Below are positions 61,140 to 64,000 of a DNA stretch of 64,000 nucleotides, in pieces. Under the pieces are notes generated by a model, which saw only the letters and a program-made list of their open reading frames with translations, ran no database searches and was not told the DNA's origin. Origin of the DNA: Verrucomicrobiota bacterium (GTDB lineage: Bacteria; Verrucomicrobiota; Verrucomicrobiia; Limisphaerales; CANJSG01); NCBI GenBank assembly GCA_038209745.1, contig JBBQXJ010000001.1:30096-94095 (forward strand). Direction: 5' to 3'. The position numbers and the translations under genes are program-made. Every line of letters begins with the position of its first letter. Position 1 is the stretch's first letter.

Positions 61140-63704
61140 ATGACCCCAGTGACCCTTTATTCGTGTCGTGTGAAGGATCCGGCCCCAGCCGGCTTCACGG
61201 CGCGCTGGGCGGGTTTCGCGGCGATGCTGGTCCTGGGTTCGGCCGCGATGGCCGATAACGCCCGCTTCCGCAAAGACATCCACCCGATCCTGACCGAATA
61301 CTGCTACGACTGTCACGGCGACGGAATGGAGAAGGGCAATGTGGCCTTCGATGGATTCGCCTCGGACGAGGCGCTGCTGGCCGACCGCACCCTTTGGCTG
61401 CAGGTCCTGAAGAACCTCCAGACCCGGACGATGCCGCCGGAAAAAAAGGACCGCCCTTCGGACCGCCAGATCGCGAGGCTGGAAAGCTGGATCAAATCCG
61501 AAGTCTTCCAGATCGATCCCAAAAATCCGGATCCAGGCCGTGTGACCGTGCGGCGGCTGAACCGCGCCGAGTATCGCAACACCGTCCGCGATCTCATGGG
61601 GGTGGACTACGACACGAAGGAGGAGTTTCCCCCGGACGATTCCGGCTACGGCTTCGACAACATCAGCGACGTCCTCACGTTGCCGCCCATGCTGCTGGAA
61701 AAGTATCTCGATGCCGCCAAGGACATCGTGAACCGGGTGGTGCCACTCGTGGAGCGCGTCGCGCCGGAAACGATCATCGGAAAGTTCGAGGGCGAAGGCA
61801 CCTGGGGCACCAGCCTGTCCTACTACGCAAAGAACGCGGTCACCAACCGCTTCAACATGGCGCACGCGGGCCGCTACAAGGTCGTCCTCGATCTCCGCGC
61901 CAACGAGAAGTTCGTGGACAACGTCTTCGACCTCAACAAGTGCCGGCTCACCTTCCGGCTCGATGGCGAGGTGCTGTTGACCAAGGAATTCAACCGCGAG
62001 GGCAATCTCCCGTTCCTCTTCGACTTCGACCGGGAATGCGCGGCCGGCGGCCATGAAATGTCGTTCGAGGTCGAACCGCTCACTTCGGAAAAGCAGGTCA
62101 GAGCGTTGAAGCTCCGGATCAACCAGGTCGCCTTCACCGGCCCGCTCGACGACCGCAAGACGTGGGTCCGGCCGAAGGGCTTCGAGCGGTTCTTCACCAA
62201 GGACGCGCCAACCGATGCCGAAGGCCGCCGAGCCTACGCCCGGGAGCTGCTCGGGAATTTCGCCACGAAGGCCTTCCGCCGGCCGATCGATCCGGCCACG
62301 GCCGAAAAGCTGGCCTCGCTGGCCCAGACGGTCTACGACGCGCCGGGGAAGACCTTCGAGGCGGGAATGGCCCACGCGATGGTGGCGGTGCTCGCTTCGC
62401 CCCGCTTCCTTTTCCGGGAAGAAGCGCCCGCGCCTGCTCTCGTCGATGGCCGCTTCCCGTTTGTCGACGAACATTCGCTGGCTTCGCGCCTGTCCTACTT
62501 CCTCTGGTCCACCATGCCGGACGACGAGCTGCGGCGACTGGCCGACGAGGGAAAGCTCCGCGCCACTCTTCCGGCCCAGATCCAGCGGATGCTGAAGGAC
62601 AAACGCTCCTACGCGTTCGTCCAGAACTTCGCCGGCCAATGGCTGCTCGCGCGGGACATCGAGACGGTGCCGATCGATTCCGGCGTCGTCGTCCGGCGCG
62701 ACGAGAGCCGGGACTCCGAATTCGAGGCCAAGCAGAAGCGGCTCAGCGCGCTTCGCAAACGGCAAAACGGCGATCTGACCAAGGAGGAGCAGGCCGAGTT
62801 CGACACCCTGCTGGCCGAGGTCCGTCAGGTGGTCCGCCGAAAACGCCCGGAGTTGAACGGTGATCTGCGCCGGGCGATGCGCGCGGAGACGGAGAAGTAT
62901 TTCGAGCACGTCATGCGCGACGACCGGCCGCTGGTCGAGCTGATCGACAGCGACTACACCTATCTGAACGAGCGGCTCGCTCAGCACTACGGCATGAGCA
63001 ACGTCCTCGGGGACGACTTCCGCCTCGTGAAGCTCCCGCCCGACAGCCCGCGCGGCGGCGTGCTGACCATGGGCACCATTTTGGCGACGACCTCCAATCC
63101 CACCCGCACTTCGCCGGTGAAACGCGGAGTCTTCATCCTCGACCATCTTCTCGGTGCGCCGCCGCCGCCGCCGCCGCCGAACATTCCGCCGCTGGAAAAC
63201 ACCGAATCCGCCAACAAGGGCCGCGAGCTGACCCTGCGCGAGACGCTGGAGATCCATCGCGCCAAGCCGCTCTGCAGCTCGTGCCACAATCGCATGGATC
63301 CGCTCGGGCTGGCCCTGGAGAACTTCAACGCCATCGGCATGTGGCGCGACACGGAGCGGCAGCAGCCGATCGAACCTGCCGGCCGGTTGATCAGCGGCGA
63401 GTCGTTCCAGGACATCCGCGGGCTGAAAAAGATTCTCGCGACGACGCACGCCGAGGATTTCCGCCGGTGCCTGACGGAGAAGCTCCTGACCTATGCTCTC
63501 GGGCGTGGACTGGAGTATTACGACGTCGCGACCGTCGACTCGATCGTCGACCGCATCGCCAAGGAGGACGGCAAGTTCTCCGCCCTGATGCTTGGGATCA
63601 TCGAGTCCGCCCCGTTTCAACGGACCCGCACCGACCGTTCCACCGTTTCCCTGCCCCGTCCCGAACCCGCGCAGCTCCGCGCCCAACTGAAGTCCTCGCC
63701 ATGA
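61140..63704 (+). CDS. DUF1587/DUF1592/DUF1595/DUF1588/DUF1585-type multidomain protein with N-terminal CxxCH
   Basis: FRKDIHPILTEYCYDCHGDG, RRLNRAEYRNTVRDL, SYFLWSTMPDDEL, FAGQWL, SPVKRGVFI and CSSCHNRMDPLG are the hallmark blocks of this PVC family. Confidence 0.85.
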   Translation: MTPVTLYSCRVKDPAPAGFTARWAGFAAMLVLGSAAMADNARFRKDIHPILTEYCYDCHGDGMEKGNVAFDGFASDEALLADRTLWLQVLKNLQTRTMPPEKKDRPSDRQIARLESWIKSEVFQIDPKNPDPGRVTVRRLNRAEYRNTVRDLMGVDYDTKEEFPPDDSGYGFDNISDVLTLPPMLLEKYLDAAKDIVNRVVPLVERVAPETIIGKFEGEGTWGTSLSYYAKNAVTNRFNMAHAGRYKVVLDLRANEKFVDNVFDLNKCRLTFRLDGEVLLTKEFNREGNLPFLFDFDRECAAGGHEMSFEVEPLTSEKQVRALKLRINQVAFTGPLDDRKTWVRPKGFERFFTKDAPTDAEGRRAYARELLGNFATKAFRRPIDPATAEKLASLAQTVYDAPGKTFEAGMAHAMVAVLASPRFLFREEAPAPALVDGRFPFVDEHSLASRLSYFLWSTMPDDELRRLADEGKLRATLPAQIQRMLKDKRSYAFVQNFAGQWLLARDIETVPIDSGVVVRRDESRDSEFEAKQKRLSALRKRQNGDLTKEEQAEFDTLLAEVRQVVRRKRPELNGDLRRAMRAETEKYFEHVMRDDRPLVELIDSDYTYLNERLAQHYGMSNVLGDDFRLVKLPPDSPRGGVLTMGTILATTSNPTRTSPVKRGVFILDHLLGAPPPPPPPNIPPLENTESANKGRELTLRETLEIHRAKPLCSSCHNRMDPLGLALENFNAIGMWRDTERQQPIEPAGRLISGESFQDIRGLKKILATTHAEDFRRCLTEKLLTYALGRGLEYYDVATVDSIVDRIAKEDGKFSALMLGIIESAPFQRTRTDRSTVSLPRPEPAQLRAQLKSSP

Positions 63705-64000
63705 ACCAGACCCCGTCTTCCCGCCAAGCCCTCGCCGCCTTCAGCCGCCGCAACTTCCTCCGCGGTCTCGGTGCGTGCCTCGCCCTGCCGGCCTTCGAGT
63801 CGATCGGCGGCGGCCGGCTCTTCGCCGCCGAGAGCGCCAAGCTGGCCGTGACCTCCACCGGCGCCCCGCTCCGCACCGCGTTCATCTACTTTCCCAATGG
63901 CGCGATCCCCGGCGCCTGGTGGCCCGAGAAGGACGGTTCCGATTTCGCCCTCAGCAAGACGCTCGAACCGCTCGCGGCCAGCCGCCAGCACATCCAGATC
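63701..64000 (+). CDS. DUF1552 domain protein with Tat signal, N-terminal fragment (continues past window end)
   Basis: The ATG overlaps the upstream stop (ATGA, 63701-63704). Tat-like SRRNFLRGLGACLALPAFESIG, then TAFIYFPNGAIPGAWWP. Confidence 0.8.
   Translation, partial: MNQTPSSRQALAAFSRRNFLRGLGACLALPAFESIGGGRLFAAESAKLAVTSTGAPLRTAFIYFPNGAIPGAWWPEKDGSDFALSKTLEPLAASRQHIQI

Noticed and set aside
63157-63180. A (GCC)7 trinucleotide run.
   Set aside because: It is in frame inside the DUF1592-type gene and encodes a poly-Pro linker (APPPPPPPN). I treated it as low-complexity coding sequence rather than a regulatory or contingency repeat, although slippage would stay in frame.
61137-63686. An 849-aa minus-strand ORF mirroring almost exactly the DUF1592-type gene.
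   Set aside because: It is the antisense shadow of a gene whose plus-strand product has many family hallmark motifs (CYDCHG, FAGQWL, CSSCHNRMDP). The minus-strand translation is Arg/Gly/Glu/Leu-rich without motifs.

Overview
This is a GC-rich (by eye about 60-65% GC), densely coding bacterial chromosomal segment. I count about 65 CDS and saw no rRNA, tRNA or CRISPR array. The gene content points to the PVC superphylum, most likely Verrucomicrobiota: a PVC-type heme-binding CxxCH giant, a DUF1592/DUF1552 pair, futalosine-pathway menaquinone genes and many Sec/lipoprotein-signal proteins.

Most of the window is housekeeping:
- 2251-10670: an aa3-type cytochrome c oxidase plus heme A/Cu assembly supercluster.
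- Single core genes: guaB, hisC, eno, accA, aroK, queG, cinA, dprA, sodC, manA, a split pta, mqnA/mqnC and an ABC-F ATPase.
- 57152-61036: a GH10/SGNH glycan-degradation string.

Canonical hairpin + T-tract terminators are used (3332-3359, 9909-9940, 24797-24825, 44476-44508). Two of them show that the longest-ORF starts of sco1 and ctaA are wrong.

Best candidates for an undescribed system:
1. 46100-48744: a tightly coupled three-gene operon, VTC (polyphosphate-polymerase-like) domain protein, then DUF4956 membrane protein, then an orphan HlyD-type periplasmic adaptor.
2. 13618-20471: a nine-gene co-directional string with no TonB-dependent receptor. It runs ExbB, tandem-domain ExbD, TonB-like protein, Zn-ribbon sORF, His/Cys sORF, coiled-coil beta-barrel OMP, then a metal ABC importer.

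Secondary oddities:
- two sORFs inside the cox operon, and an ~80-aa His/Glu loop in CoxIII
- a cupredoxin fusion
- split or permuted Pta and M64 peptidase
- a DUF433/DUF5615 TA-like pair
- a 700-bp gene-poor gap holding a possible IS66-Orf2 relic and a perfect (GGGA)n G4 motif
- the DUF1592/DUF1552 pair

All functional calls come from motif-level recognition of the translated ORFs. No database search was run, and start codons are my best reading (the ORF track also uses GTG/TTG starts).
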